Positions 41,205-55,006 of a DNA stretch of 64,000 nucleotides are shown here, one piece after another; the stretch's first letter is position 1; every line of letters starts with the position of its first letter. The position numbers and the translations under genes are program-made. A model generated the notes under the pieces. The model saw nothing but the letters and a program-made list of their open reading frames with translations, made no database searches and was not told where the DNA came from. Location of the stretch: the NCBI RefSeq assembly GCF_026210795.1, contig NC_089431.1:2790001-2854000 (forward strand), given 5' to 3'. The stretch comes from Rhizophagus irregularis (taxonomy: Eukaryota).

Positions 41205-42957
41205 ATGCCTCCTTTAACATCATCACAATCTGTTACTGCTCTTTCACACACTCTTACAACAAGAACTTCAAGAACTACTTTAAATAATTTTAATACAATA
41301 AATTCAATACGTCCAACAACGATGTTTACAACCTCACGACAACAACGACAGCAACAACAACAGCAACAACGACAACAACATCGACAACAACAGACACATC
41401 ATCATCATCACTCAAATTTCCGTTCACAAGCTTTACTTAAACTTAGTAGTATATTACCTCCTGCTTCAACAAATTTACAAATTAATTTAATTGAACCTAT
41501 ACTTTACTTTAGAGGAGATACTGAAGAATCTGTTGGTTGTTTTCTTAGGGGTAATTTAATATTAAATTTACCTAAACCTACAAAAATTCGTAAAATTGAA
41601 ATGAAATTTGTTGGTAAAGTGAAAACTTTTTGGCCTGAAGGAAGAAATTATTATGGTAATTATTATTATAATTATTTTAATAAAAAAAAGTTATTAATAG
41701 TTATTATAGGTTTCTAAACTTTAAATTACTCTTTCTTTTTAGGATCGGCATCAAATCGAAATGATTCGTGTGAAGAACAAGAAATCATGTCCCATAATTG
41801 GTCATTCCTTTCATCTTCTACTTCTTCTTCCTCATCTTCATCTCCATTAAATTCTGGTTCAAACTCCAATCGTTTTAAAATTTTACGTCGTTCTTCAAGT
41901 ACATCTAAATTTAACTTAATTCCTGCTGGTATACATAAATATCCTTTTGAATTATTTATACCAGGAAATGTTCCCGAAACTATTGATACAGAACGTGGTT
42001 TAGTACACTATAAATTAAGTGCTACAGCAATTCGATCAGGATTATCGCCAAATTTACATGTATCACAATATGTACCTATAATTAGAACTATTCTCGAAGA
42101 AAGAAACTCTGAAGGAACTGCTATTTCAAGTGATTGGAATAATCAATTAGGTTATGAAATTACTATTCCTAAGAAAGCTTATCCTATTGGTGATTCCATT
42201 GATATTGATTTAAAATTGAAACCTAGATCGAAAAATATTAATATTGCTGGAATTAAAATTCAAATGGAAGAAGAATCTGTCTTTAAAACTAAAGGTCAAA
42301 AAAGTACTGACTCACGTACTTTATTAGTACATAAAGTTAATAATTTTGCCGAACAAATTTTAATATCCGATAAAAATGTTTCAATTAATAATAATAATAT
42401 TCAAGAAGGAACTAGTTCTTCAGCTCAAATTATTCAAGACGATGATGAAAATTTATTTTATCATAAAAATATTTTATTACCTATTCCAAAATGTTCAAGT
42501 CCTATATATTTTTCATATAAATCTCCTTCAATTAATATTTCACATCATCTTAAAATCATTTTTACAATAAAATCCGATAACAATGAAGATGGTAAAAAGA
42601 AGAAAAAGAAATATGATATTAAAGTGGATATTCCTATTACATTACTTTCTTGTAGATGTGCAGAAGATTTACCTCAATATGAAGATGGTAATTATTTTAA
42701 TAATCGTTATTATTCTTTTTTTTTTAAAAAAAAAATCAATAATAATTTTAATATATAAAATATTTTTTTATTTTCCCTAAAAAAAATTAGATTCACCTTC
42801 ATATGAATCTCCCCCATCATACGAACAATCAACAAATGACGGAAGGCAATCACAACAATATGATGTTCGACACAATAGTACTAACACAATTACAACAATT
42901 ACGAATCAAATGAATGAATTATATCATCCTCCATTGGAACGATTATTAACACTTTAA
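41205..42957 (+). CDS. Alpha-arrestin paralog with polyQ/His N-terminus, 3 exons
   Basis: Exons 41205-41655, 41743-42687 and 42791-42957 are in frame. Same arrestin motifs, plus LPQY and PPSY. Confidence 0.92.
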
Positions 42958-44460
42958 TTTTTAATTTGTATTTTGTACATAAAGAATTTTGTATATAATA
43001 GATCCATTAAAAAAAAAAATTCAAAAATCATCTATTAATATAAATTACGATTAGTAATGGGTAAAATTCTCATGTTGCTATAGTTTAACCTGGATAAACT
43101 GCTTACCAACTTGTTTATGTAAACGACTACCCGACTCTCCTGGTTGTATATTAACCAAACCCGAATGAAAATCTTTTCCTTTTTGAGTTATCAAGGTTCT
43201 TGGCATATTTTTTTGAGCCATACTTTTTATAGTAAAACCATTTTTTGTTTTTAAACCTTTTCACTAAAGTATTTAGAACATAACAGTCTTTAGAACATTA
43301 TTTCATGTTATATTATACAGAATTTAAACCTTAAATGTTTCTTTTATGAAGAAAACTGACAATATCCATGACTAACTACTTCAGATATTATTGAAAATAA
43401 AACTAATAAAGAAAATGTAAAAGCTTTTCATATCTCAGTTGCAAAACCAAGTAGGCTGAAACAACCTATACTATAACTTTATCAAAGAATGTCTAAGATC
43501 CATTCAAATGAAAATATAATTACTGTAAAAGAAGTAGAACCTGTAAAATATTATTTAGAAATACTAGTATTTTATATAATAATAAAAACTGTCATATTTA
43601 ATTACCTGTATAAATACTGTAAATCTTGAATTGTATAATTTTACTTTTTTTATATATACTGAAAATTTGAAAAGACTTTATTAAAAAAATAATTTATTGA
43701 AGCAAATTATTATAATAATTAAAATATTTAGAGTAGTAATATATATATTTTTTATTATTTAAAGTATATCAAATTGGAGTTTCATTTCATATAAAGTAAT
43801 AATATATATTAATTAATATGTTAATAAAATAAAAGTATATAAATTATAGAATTTTTCTAACTATCACCAGGGGTTATGATCACTGGTAACTGAAATTATG
43901 ATGATCGACCAGCATTAAAAAAATATAGTGCCAGTAAAAATTGATAATTCCAGCCAACGGTAATGATCACTCCTGGAAAAATCTAAATTATATACTTATA
44001 AAGAACAAATTATATATAATTATCAAATATTTTAATTATCTAAAATAAATATTTATAATAAAATACTAACTTTTTAATAAAATACTAAAAATTATTAATT
44101 ACAAATTACTATTTTTTAAAAGTAATTTTAAAGTTTAATAAATATAAAAGTATTTTATAACTAAAATATTTACTAATTAAAATAACAAATTAAATTAAAT
44201 TAATATTCTTTTTATAAAATCCAAATATATAATATATAAGTTATAATGGATTTTTAGTTAAAATTAAAATCATTTTTTTTTTTAATATTCAGTAAACTTT
44301 ACAAAATATCAAAATTAAATATTGAATATTAAGAAAATCATACAATTCTAATTTTTAACTTTTAAACATAAACTAATTTGCTAAAGTATGACTTATAACT
44401 TGATTTGTAAATATTTGAAATTTTTTTATTATCTATAAATTTGAAAAAAATTAAATAAAT

Positions 44461-44837
44461 ATAAGTGGGATACCATATAAGATATAATTATATCTCATGT
44501 GGTATCCCACTTATTCTAGATTATAGTATCATATATAATCTAAATATCACATATAATCTGGGATATCACATATAATCTGGATATCACATATGATCTAAAT
44601 ATCACATATAATCTGGATATCTCATATGATCTAAATAATGTAATCTAATTACCACATATGATCTAAAATGATGTGATCTAATTGTCATATATAATCTAAC
44701 ATTTTATTATTTCTTATATCGCTTTTACATTCTAGCTATGTCTTTGAGCTTTTCTTAGTATTCGTGTTTTTATGTTAATATACTTTTTATTACCACAATG
44801 TAATCTAAATACCACACACATATAATCTAAATACCAC
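44461..44837. repeat. Palindrome followed by ~20-bp degenerate tandem repeats
   Basis: AAGTGGGATACCA..AGATATAATTATATCT..TGGTATCCCACTT (~44463-44512), then ATATCACATATAATCT-like units. Confidence 0.75.
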
Positions 44838-45856
44838 GGTTTTCTTCTTGTTTCTTGTTTAGCATTTGCATGCTAAATTTTATAATGCTATTGTCAACCT
44901 TCTGTAGCTGTTTAGATACCTGGTTTTATGTCGAGGTGTTGACCTTCTGCGCCTGATTGAATGTCAAATTCTATATTAAAGTACTTACCTTTTTGCGTCT
45001 ATTTGGTTGCCTTTCTAGATACCGAAATAGTGTAAAAAAAGGTGTCAGGTGGCGCAGTAATTCGATCTAGATCTGCGATTAATTCTGGCTGACATTATGC
45101 CATAATTTTGGCTGATCTTTTGGACATGCGATTCGATGATCAGCTTGTATCGATGATTGACTGACAGCGTTCTTGGAACTTCTGCGAAGCTGTCTGGAAC
45201 TCAGCGAGAACCATCTGCAAGTGCATGGAATGCCAGCTTGGATGCCGAATTATTATGTCCAAAGTTCTGGCCGAAATTGTGGAATAGTATTAGCCGAAAT
45301 TATTGTTATTATCACGTTGCCTTCAGGTTCAAGGGCGCTTGAGTCACGTCGTTGGCAAACTGCCGACAGTATGTATGCTAATTTTTTGAGCGTCCCTAGT
45401 GTCCCTAGCGAAAATTTTCTGAGGACACTTTCTAGGGACAACTATGATATCGATTTTGGGGGTTTTAAGTTTACTGATTATGTTCTTCTATGCTTATCCC
45501 TAGTGTCCCTAGTGTCCTTAGTAAAAGTAAAGTTATAGGAAAAAAAATTCGAAACTTATCCTATGCTATATATGTATGCTATATGGGTGGTATATGGATA
45601 CTATATGGATGATATGTGTAATATACATATGCTAAAAAATAAAAAAAAGTTTAGAAGTTTCGATTTTTCATAGGGACATCAGGAAATTTTATAGCGCGAA
45701 AAATTGCGTAAGTTTACGATTTTGTAAGTTTACGAAAGTTTATGGCATAATATTTCGAAAAATTTCAAAATATTACGTAAGTTTACAATTTCGTAAGATT
45801 TATGTGATATTACGGTTAAAATATTACGTAAGTTTTCAATATCGTAAGATTTATGC

Positions 45857-46254
45857 AATATTACGGTCAAAATATTCTGCAAATTTACGAAACTGTAAAC
45901 CTGCGTAATATTACGGTTGAAATATTTCGAAAATTTACGAAACTGTAAACCTGCGTAATATTACGGTTGAAATATTTTGAAAATTTACGAAACTGTAAAC
46001 CTGCGTAATATTACGGTTAAAATATTTCGAAAATTTACGAAACTGTAAACCTGCGTAATATTACGGTTAAAATATTTCGAAAATTTACGAAACTTGTAAA
46101 CCTGCGTAATATTACGGTTGAAATATTTCGAAAATTTACGAAACTGTAAACCTGCATAATATTACGGTTAAAATATTTCGAAAATTTACGAAACTGTAAA
46201 CCTGCGTAATATTACGGTTGAAATATTTCGAAAATTTACGAGATTGTAAACTGC
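45857..46254. repeat. 50-bp tandem repeat, about 8 units (subterminal)
   Basis: AATATTACGGTT(G/A)AAATATTTCGAAAATTTACGAAACTGTAAACCTGCGT at 45907, 45957, 46007, 46057, 46108, 46158 and 46208, plus a degenerate unit before. Confidence 0.95.
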
Positions 46255-46625
46255 ATATGCAGTAGAACGTATACAAGGGGCATGTGATACTATTGAATAA
46301 TCAAAAATAATATAAACACCTTTTCTTTTATATAAACACCTTTTTTTTTAAGTTTGGGAAAGCAAATTTATTTTTATTTACGAATTTTTTATTATTTACA
46401 ATTTTTATGTTAAAAATTAAAGTAAATTCTAATTTTTATTATAACTTAATAAAAAAAATACACATTTGATACTTGTTCGCTACTATTTTATAAAATAGTA
46501 CCCAGGCTGTACGGCGTGGACGTCAGTATCAGTCACAGCCCAAAAAAAACGTGAGTCTCCAGCCGATATTTGGTACGGACTGGACCTAGCTACTCACTTA
46601 ATAAATAATAAAAAAATAAAAATAA

Positions 46626-47250
46626 TTATCTTCTTCTACGATACGTAGGTAAGTTTCTCCTTGCCCTACGATCATCACGCGTGACTAAAATTGATCAAAT
46701 TTATCAAATTTAAAACATGAACGTAAATATTAATTATAAATTTTATTATAGTATAATTACCCGGCCTCTCCCAAAATCTCGTTCTAAATTCGCGATAATA
46801 TCTTGCGCCGGTACGCGTCCACAGCCGCCGCCCAGGGTTACCATTACGATAAAGGATATAGTTCTAAATATCAAAATCAGTTTGAATATTCGGTAAATAC
46901 ATTTAATTTATATGAATGTAATGTTATTTATTTACTTACATGGTAATCCCTGATGAGGTTCCTCCACTTTTGGCTGCACTGTTGCCCAGAAACCCTCGTT
47001 CGAAATATTCTATTTATTCTGATTCAATTAAATGGATTGGTTAATTTGAATTTAAATTCTTTCTTAAAGAAATTATAGATATTAGTCATATGAACCTATT
47101 GGCAACAGAGTCCCAAAAATCTTGGCGGCTTCTACCATTAATATTGTGGTAGGCACGGTTTCTGTCTCGGCGTATGTTAACAAGTTTGTCCATCATAGCC
47201 CAGTTCCAATGGACGTTATAGTGGGAACGACGACGTGTGTGGTGAGGCAT
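46626..47250 (-). CDS. Myb/SANT-like (trihelix-type) DNA-binding protein, ~131 aa, 4 exons; not in the ORF track
   Basis: Exons 47250-47096, 47018-46940, 46863-46761 and 46684-46626, all GT-AG and in frame: ..HWNWAMMDKLVNIRR..QDFWDSVANRINRIFRTRVSGQQCSQKWRNLIRDY..FWERP.. Confidence 0.85.
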
Positions 47251-48039
47251 TATTAGTAATTTGATTTTGGGATGAGTAAAAATTTGAAAGAAAGTCGTAA
47301 AATGTCACTTTAAATAAAATTTGAACAATTCCTCTTTGGTTTGATTTTATTTCTCGTTTCAATTAAAATTTAATTTATTAGACTTTTCATCATTAAACAT
47401 ATTAATTAAATCTCATGCGGATATGGATTATCTAAATATAAATATCATGATTCTAAATATAAATATAAATCACTTAATTTATTTTAATTTTTTTTAAAAA
47501 AAAAATCTTAGTTTGATTTCAATTAAAAATAATTAAAAATCATGTACATGTTTTGGTTATTTAAATATAAATATCAATATATTATATTTAAAAATAAACC
47601 AATTTATTATTAGCACATTCTATTGAATTTTAAAAAAATCAATTTTTTTTTTAAAAAAAAATCACATATTTAAAAATAAAACAATTATATTCTGATTAAA
47701 TATTTTGCGTACATTTCTTAAAAAAATCATAAAAAAAATCTTGTACGTCGTACATGCAATTACTAAATATCATCCCCTTGTGATAAATAAAAAATTACGC
47801 AACACAAATTCAACACAAACTCAACACAAATTTAACAAATTTAACGAAATTTGGCTAAAATTAATAATTTTTTACCAGAATTATCAACACAAATTGAACA
47901 CAAATTGAACACAAATTTCAGTCACGATTTATTTATGTCACACCCGCTATACGATGTACATGATTTCTGGCCAATCAAAATTAGGCTGATCCTTGCATCA
48001 TTTAATCATTTAATCATGCACGCGTTTTTGTCTTATTTA

Positions 48040-48690
48040 TTTTTGTTTCTTATTTCTTTATTCTTTTGTTCAATATTTTTAATTTTTTTGTCTCTTCTTT
48101 CTATTATTTCTTTAATTATATACAATATATTTACATATATTTCATAATTTATTGCTTTGCAGGTATAGAAATATTTGTTTATTAATACTAATTATTTTCA
48201 TTTTTTTTTACCTCTTTGTTATTTTGTATCGTAATACTAACAATAATATCCATGTTTCCTTTATTCCTTTTTACTTGTACTTTAATACTAACGATACTAA
48301 CAATACTAACAACATGTTTATTTTTTCCTTTCTCTTTATTTCTTTATTCTTTTGTTCAATTACTTTGCAGGTATAGAAATATTTATTTATTAATACTAAT
48401 TATTTTAATATTAACGCGTTTTTTTTTTACCTCTTTGTTACTTTATGTCGTAATACTAACAATACTATCTACGTTTCCTTTATTTCTTTTTACTTGTACT
48501 TTAATACTAACGATAATATCCATGTTTCTTTTACTCCTTTTACTGTTTCTTTAACTCTTTTTACCTTAATACTAACAATAATAACAATATTTCTTTTATC
48601 TTTATATCTAATACTAACGTTACTATAGCTGTTTCTCTTCTTTTTACGTCTAATAATATTGTTACTCTACTCTTTCTCTTTTTTACTTTT
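48040..48690. repeat. Low-complexity internal duplications inside the CATCAGG element
   Basis: TTTGCAGGTATAGAAATATTT.TTTATTAATACTAATT at ~48157 and ~48365. Repeated TAATACTAAC(A/G)ATAATATCCATGTTTC. Confidence 0.7.
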
Positions 48691-50194
48691 ATGTATTCTG
48701 TATATATTAATAAATACTTGTAATTTTTTATGATTATATCTAATAAAACATACATTATATAAACTTATAGTACAGAAAATGAAGTATTATTTATCGAAAT
48801 ATTTTGAAATATTACGAAATATTAAGTTGTGTAAAATCACAGAATATTACGAATCGTCAAATTATGGAACATTACGCATCATAGAATTTCGAAATATTTT
48901 AAAAAGTTGCGAAGTATTACGCAGTAAAATTACGGAATATTACGAATCGTAAAATTACGAAGCCTTGCATACAGTAATATTTTGAAATATTTTAAAAAGT
49001 TACAAAATATTACGCTTACGCAAACTTGCGGCGGGTCTGAAAACTTACGAAATATTATGTAAAATTACGAAATATTGCGAACCGCAAAATTACGGAATAT
49101 TACAAATCGTAAAATTACGAAGCTTTGCATATCGTAATATTTTGAAATATTTTAAAAAGTTACGAAATATTACGCTTACGCAAACTTGCGGCGGGTCTGG
49201 AAGCTTACGAAATATTATGATGTGTAAACTTGCGCAACTTTTCGCACTATATAATTTCCTGATGGACGTTAGGGACACTAGGGACACCCACCTAGAAGAC
49301 TTCCCAGAATTCTAAAATCATCAAAAAGCCTACTTTTTAGCGTCCCTGAAGCGTCCCCAGAAAATTTTCGCTAGGGACAACTTTCTAGGGACAACTTAAC
49401 TTGTTGCAATATTTTATCAAGAGCCTGTTCTAATGCTCCTGCCCAGTAAGAAAATTCGCATACTGAAAATATACTGAAAATATACTGAAAATATACTGAA
49501 TTTTAAGAATATTTAACTATATAATCATGTATATTATAAGTATAAATTAAATATAATTTTAGCATATTTTATGTAAGATATTTATATCCATAAATAATGC
49601 TTAAATTATGTTTAAATATACTGTATTTAATATGTAAAAAGCTCATAAAACACCCTTAAATTTTGCCTCTTTAAGTATATTTTCAGTGCAAATTTTATGT
49701 CATTAATTTCTACTTAATTTCAGGATAATTTTATTTCGTGTTATTATATATATTTAAGTATATTTAAAGCCCATTTTCAGTGTATTATAAATATGATTCA
49801 ATTGTATTTTGCATATATTTTAATAATATTTCAATTAGAAATAACATATATTTTTAGTAGTTTTAAAGGTCAATTTAGTTCAAATAAAATAATATTTTAT
49901 GTATCTTTTAATTAAAAATAGCATACATTTTTACTTGCATTAAAGATTATTTTAATTACATTTTTACATTTGATAATAATGATATTTTTAGTATATAAAT
50001 ACAATATCGATATGGTTTGATTATATTTCAATAATAATTCGTGTACATTTTAAAGGCTATGCTAATAACCAATGATACAAATAATTTCTATAGTAAAGTA
50101 AAATGTTTTAAATAAAGAATAAAATAAATAAAGAAAAGAAGATACAGTTAGGAAAACTTATTTTTCATACCCATTACACAATAACTCGAGACCC

Positions 50195-50697
50195 ATTTAA
50201 TTTAATGTACTTATTAAAGAGGGGAAAAAGTTATATTAGTAATTTAGTTATTTAATTTTAAATCCAATACAATAAAGTTTGATGCATACCTGTTTAATAA
50301 ACATAATTTTTAAGTAAAAAATACTTATACACGTCTACAATTAACACCTCGACACGGACCTATTTAATTTAATGTACTTGTTAAAGAGGGGAAAAAGTTA
50401 TATTAGTAATTTAGTTATTTAATTTTAAATCCAATACAATAAAGTTTGATGCATACCTGTTTAATAAACATAATTTTTAAGTAAAAAATACTTATACACG
50501 TCTACAATTAACACCTCGACACGGACCTATTTAATTTAATGTACTTGTTAAAGAGGGAAAAAAGGTATATTAGTAATTTAATTATTTAATTTTAAATCCA
50601 ATACAATAAAGTTTGATGCATACCTGTTAATAAACATAATTTTTAAGTAAAAAAATACTTATACACGTCTACACTCTACAGTTAACACCTGACACGG
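50195..50697. repeat. 167-bp tandem repeat x3
   Basis: Units start at ~50195, 50362 and 50529 and are near-identical. Confidence 0.95.
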
Positions 50698-51229
50698 CTA
50701 CATTAAAATAGAAAAAATAAAAGAATCAGTTAATATTAATTTCGACAGTAACTAACTATTGGATAATTGATATTGTGGTGGAAAATTTATGTATTCATAC
50801 CGTCTTTCCCTGTAATATAGTCAGCTTCTCTTCTAAGTAGGGTTAATTAAAACTTTCTAATTCCCAGAAATTCAAGGTTTTGTATCTTGTATCCTTTATT
50901 CCTGGTAAAATATTTTTCGTCAGTAAGTTTATAAATAATATAGACTTATTACCAGAATAACATAGACTTGTTACCAATATTTTATCAGAAAAGAGAAAAG
51001 GTAAAATAAAAAAACAGTGAAATGTTTTGCTTATAATAGCTATTTCATCTATTTCATCATCGCTTATCCGTGTTTAACTATTTTTAGATACAAATAAAGT
51101 TAATGGGATAATCTTATTCGTGTTTAGCTATTTTTAGAAATTAATCAATATACAACAAATATTCTTAATTATCGGGTTTTTTACTAGAACATAAAAAGTT
51201 TTATTATAAGTGCGAACTGCTGCAAGAAA

Positions 51230-54200
51230 TCAATGCCCAATATTTTCCCAATTAGAGTCATCAAATGCATTTTCTTTATCAATTATATAATATCTATTAT
51301 CTATTTTAGCAAAACCTATACAATGATCTAAACATCTTACATCGATAAATTCTTTTGATCTGAATTGAGTAAAATGTTTACATCCATATTCATCTTCTAC
51401 AATTTTTGATGTTAATTGTACATAGGCTAACATGTAAACCTGATGGTTTAATTCATGGACAAGATAATAATTTACGATTCCATATATATCTACAATAACG
51501 AGTTGAGGAGGCGCATTGGGTCTGTGGGCAAGTTTATCTATTGTGCGTCTTATCTAAAATATTTATAAATAAAATATAAAATCAAAATTAAATCAAAATT
51601 ATATCAAAAAAATAGCAATGATAGTAATCAAAGATTATAAATTTTACCTGAGCACAATAATTATTTCTTGCAATTTTATTATTTCTTTTTATACAACAGC
51701 TACTAATATATTGTCCATCTGAAGTTCTTAATCTTCCATATCTTACACCATAATTATTAACCTCCTAAAAAACGAAATTATTTTGTTATTGTAATGATGA
51801 ATTTAAAATTAAATAAAATAAAGCTTTATATTACCATTTCTAAATCATTACGATTTATATTGCTTGATCCTTCGTAAAATTTAATCAGATGTTTGTGTTC
51901 TTGGCTTAGCAGAGAATATTGAGTAGAAGGGGAATAAAATTCTTCGTCATACCCTTCAGTACTAAAGACCCGTTCCTTACTCCATTGTTTTAGCGGTTTT
52001 TCTTTGAAAATAGCTTTTGAGATAGAAAAAAATGGTAACATATAAAATTGCTGTAACAAAGTAAGCATATTTGCAAGGTTGCTATATGGCTTGATCTTTG
52101 ATTTAATGAGTGGTTGTAATATACCACACACCCTTTCCATAGGAAACTGCCAATGGGTCCAACTAGGGCCACAATATTTAATAGAATCTGCTACATGTAA
52201 GAGGTAATGGAAACTTATCTTACATGCTGCTAAACGTTGGCCATTGTTCTGATAATACTCTCTAAAATAATTAATCATTATTTTAATTATTATACAATTA
52301 TAAATTATAAGACAGAAATCATTACCTTTCATAATAATCTGAAAATTTTTTAAGCAAAATTTGTACATCATCAATTTGTTCTTCAGATATTTCAGGTTCT
52401 AAACAAAGCTTTACAGCCTTCACAAAGTTTGCCCATCCTTGAAGATGCCTATTATGTAACGAAAAGTAAAATTTACTTTTTGATTAGTTAAAAAAATTTA
52501 AAAATGTATTAATTTAACTTTTTACTTTTTATTAAAATACCTTTTATCCAGATACACCTTTAGTAATGGTAATGAAAATAAAATTATCCAATTTCTCCAT
52601 TCTACCGCTTTGTAACCATTATGATATTTAAATATGTCACGTGGAGGGCGACCAATTTCAATAGGCATATCTTTTTTTACTTTTTCCATTTGTATGCCAA
52701 TACTTTCCCACTGTGATTTTGATAACTCATAATCACTAGACAATAATAGATTGTTATAAAAAAATTTTCCACTCCAATGTGCATACATTGACGGTGCCAC
52801 ATTCTCGAAGAATAAATGCATTATATCTGTTGGGAAAGACCATGGAAATAATAATGTTTGTAATTTTAACAATTCACTGGACCCTTTAATTCCTGTATAG
52901 TAAAGTAATAATAATTAATACAGAGATGTAAGTATACTTTTACTTTTTTTCTCAAGAAAATCATACCTGTTTCTCTGATCATTTCATCTTTTCGATCTTT
53001 ATTCGTTTCTTCTTCAATTAATTTTCCCATATTGATCGTGTCATCATGATTTCTTATATTGCAAAGAGCAGATGATGGATAGTATATGTGTTTATTTGAT
53101 GGGTGACAAGTCCCTTTTATCATACAAAAACGACAACCTTTATACGAATTGTGTCCAGAGAGGTTTAAGCTTTTGCTTAACGCTGGAACATCCCCCGTCC
53201 ATGTTAATAAATGTGCGCGTAAAATAAAAGGTTCATTTGTTCGTCCATCTATACATTGAACTCCTTCTATAATATTTAACAAAATAAAATTTCAATTATA
53301 GAAAAAATACATTTTTATTAGATATTAAAATTAGCTATACCTTCGAGTTCTTGTAATTCTTTTATAAGAGGGCATAAAAAAGAATTAAAATTCTTTGGCG
53401 AACGGGGACCTGGTATTATCATTGTTACCAGTAGATTTTCTTTTTTTACACGAATAGAAGGATGAAGATTATTATTTATTAATAAGATGACCCAACAATC
53501 ATCGGTTCGTTGTTCAAAGATCTGATATCCATCACATGTCCCAGATAGTGCGATATCCCGTTCATCTTTAAAAAAACCCCTTTGTAATAAATCCTTATAT
53601 AACCTATTGAAAGAAACATATTTTAATGGCCTTTTTTTTAAAAAAAAATTTACTTTAGTAATTAAATTATACTCACAATCCATCAAAGATATCAGCATAT
53701 ATTTCCTCCTCTCCTTTGTTTTGGGAATAATTACTTCTATATTGTAATTCTTCGGCTCTTTCTTTATTCTTGTATTGAATTATTAGGCGTTCTTTTACCG
53801 AAAAAAAAATGTTGTATTTACAGGTTTGCCATTATCATCAAATCTGTTTTCACCACAAATAGGGCAACTGGCTAAATTTTCATATGATGATGTAAATGCA
53901 ATACAACTGTTTTTGCAAGTATCGTATCTATGAGGTTCAAAAGGAACTATGCTATTGATTTTTTTTTTCAACTTATAGATTGTTAAATTAGAATTAACAT
54001 TATCAAGTATTTTGTTGAATGCGATGTCAGATATTGAATGGAGTACTTTTGTATGTAAAAGACGTAAACCTTGAATCAATTCATCTAAAATAAATAAATA
54101 TTATTATTCTATCAAAATTAAAATCAATAAACATAGTATTAACTGTACCATCGTTTATGTTTGTCATTTCAGATTCCTCAAATTCTTTATCATCATCTGT

Positions 54201-54833
54201 TAATTCATCATTCTCTTCAGAAATATATGCACTTGTTTGTGAACAATCACTTTCAGTTTCTATGTCTCCTTTATCATCTTCTTCATCACAATCTTTATTA
54301 TCAAGACTTTGCCTATCACTATTCTTATCGTAATCTTCGTTATTAGGAATTGGATTACCATTATTATAATCTTCGTTGTCAAGAAATGGCTCATCGCTAT
54401 CGTCATCATCATAATCTTCTGATCTGCAATTAACATGATTTTGATGATTATTAAAGTATTATTATAACAATAATGTTTAATAAAAGTAAAATTTACTTTT
54501 TTTTATAAAACAATTAATTAATTACCTTTTTGGTATGTCTTTTAAAATTACAGGAACATGATCGTTATTTGAAACATTGCTTTCTGAACTTGTATCTGAT
54601 TTATCCGATTCATCGTCTTCGAACTTTCTTTTTTCAGCTGCGTTACAACTTGAAATTGATTCACTATCGCTTTTTGTTTCTGATCCGCTTTCTGCTTCAG
54701 ATTCATTAATTTTTTCAATATTTGCTTTTTCTCTTTTTTGATGTTTTTTAAAAGTTTTTCTAGTAGACAACCACTTTCCGTTACCATCTTTAGAATTTAT
54801 TTTACAAATACGACAAGAACAAAGAAATGGCAT
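51230..54833 (-). CDS. En/Spm(CACTA) Tnp2-family (Transposase_21-like) DDE transposase, multi-exon; one homopolymer frameshift near 53800
   Basis: N-terminal CxCxxC, acidic exon, CxNSCIAF..CPICGE.R, TCDGYQIF, IIPGPRSPKNFNSFL, TGDVPA..GHNSYKGCRFC, DIMHLFFEN, YKAVEWRNW and HYLLHV..GPSWTHWQFPMER. Confidence 0.9.
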
Positions 54834-55006
54834 TTTGAAACGTGATAGAATTTATGTAACGATCTATTTTTATAAACAATCACATAGTTTGTATTACATG
54901 ATTGTATTAAATTTACGCATTAAAGTTAGAGGTTGTGTTACAAGATTGTGTATCGTTATTAGAGATGATATAATAATGACAATATTCGTAATAATTATAC
55001 TGATTG

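Larger units (their letters stand above)
45677..49264. mobile_element. 3.6-kb transposase-less CMC/EnSpm(CACTA)-like element
   Basis: ~40-bp TIR CATCAGGAAATT(T/A)TATAG(C/T)GCGAAAA(A/G)TTGCG(T/C)AAGTTTAC, 2-bp TSD GA, and extensive subterminal TTACG repeats at both ends. Confidence 0.85.
45392..49393. mobile_element. Host MITE (~400 bp of its own sequence, GTCCCT/AGGGAC motifs) split by the CATCAGG element
   Basis: GTCCCTAGCGAAAATTTTCTGAGGACACT (45401) is inverted relative to AGCGTCCCCAGAAAATTTTCGCTAGGGAC (ending 49378). Removing 45677-49264 and one GA restores TAGGGACGTTAGGGACAC. Confidence 0.65.

Noticed and set aside
45157..45538. Overlapping ORFs in a GC-richer patch
   Set aside because: Mostly non-ATG starts, no recognisable domain, and two of them run into MITE sequence.
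45857..46254. CRISPR-like array
   Set aside because: The units are contiguous, near-identical 50-mers with no unique spacers, in a eukaryotic context with no cas genes. They are subterminal transposon repeats.
47705..48755. Hydrophobic membrane-protein-like ORFs
   Set aside because: They arise from T-rich low-complexity repeats in several frames and have no motifs.
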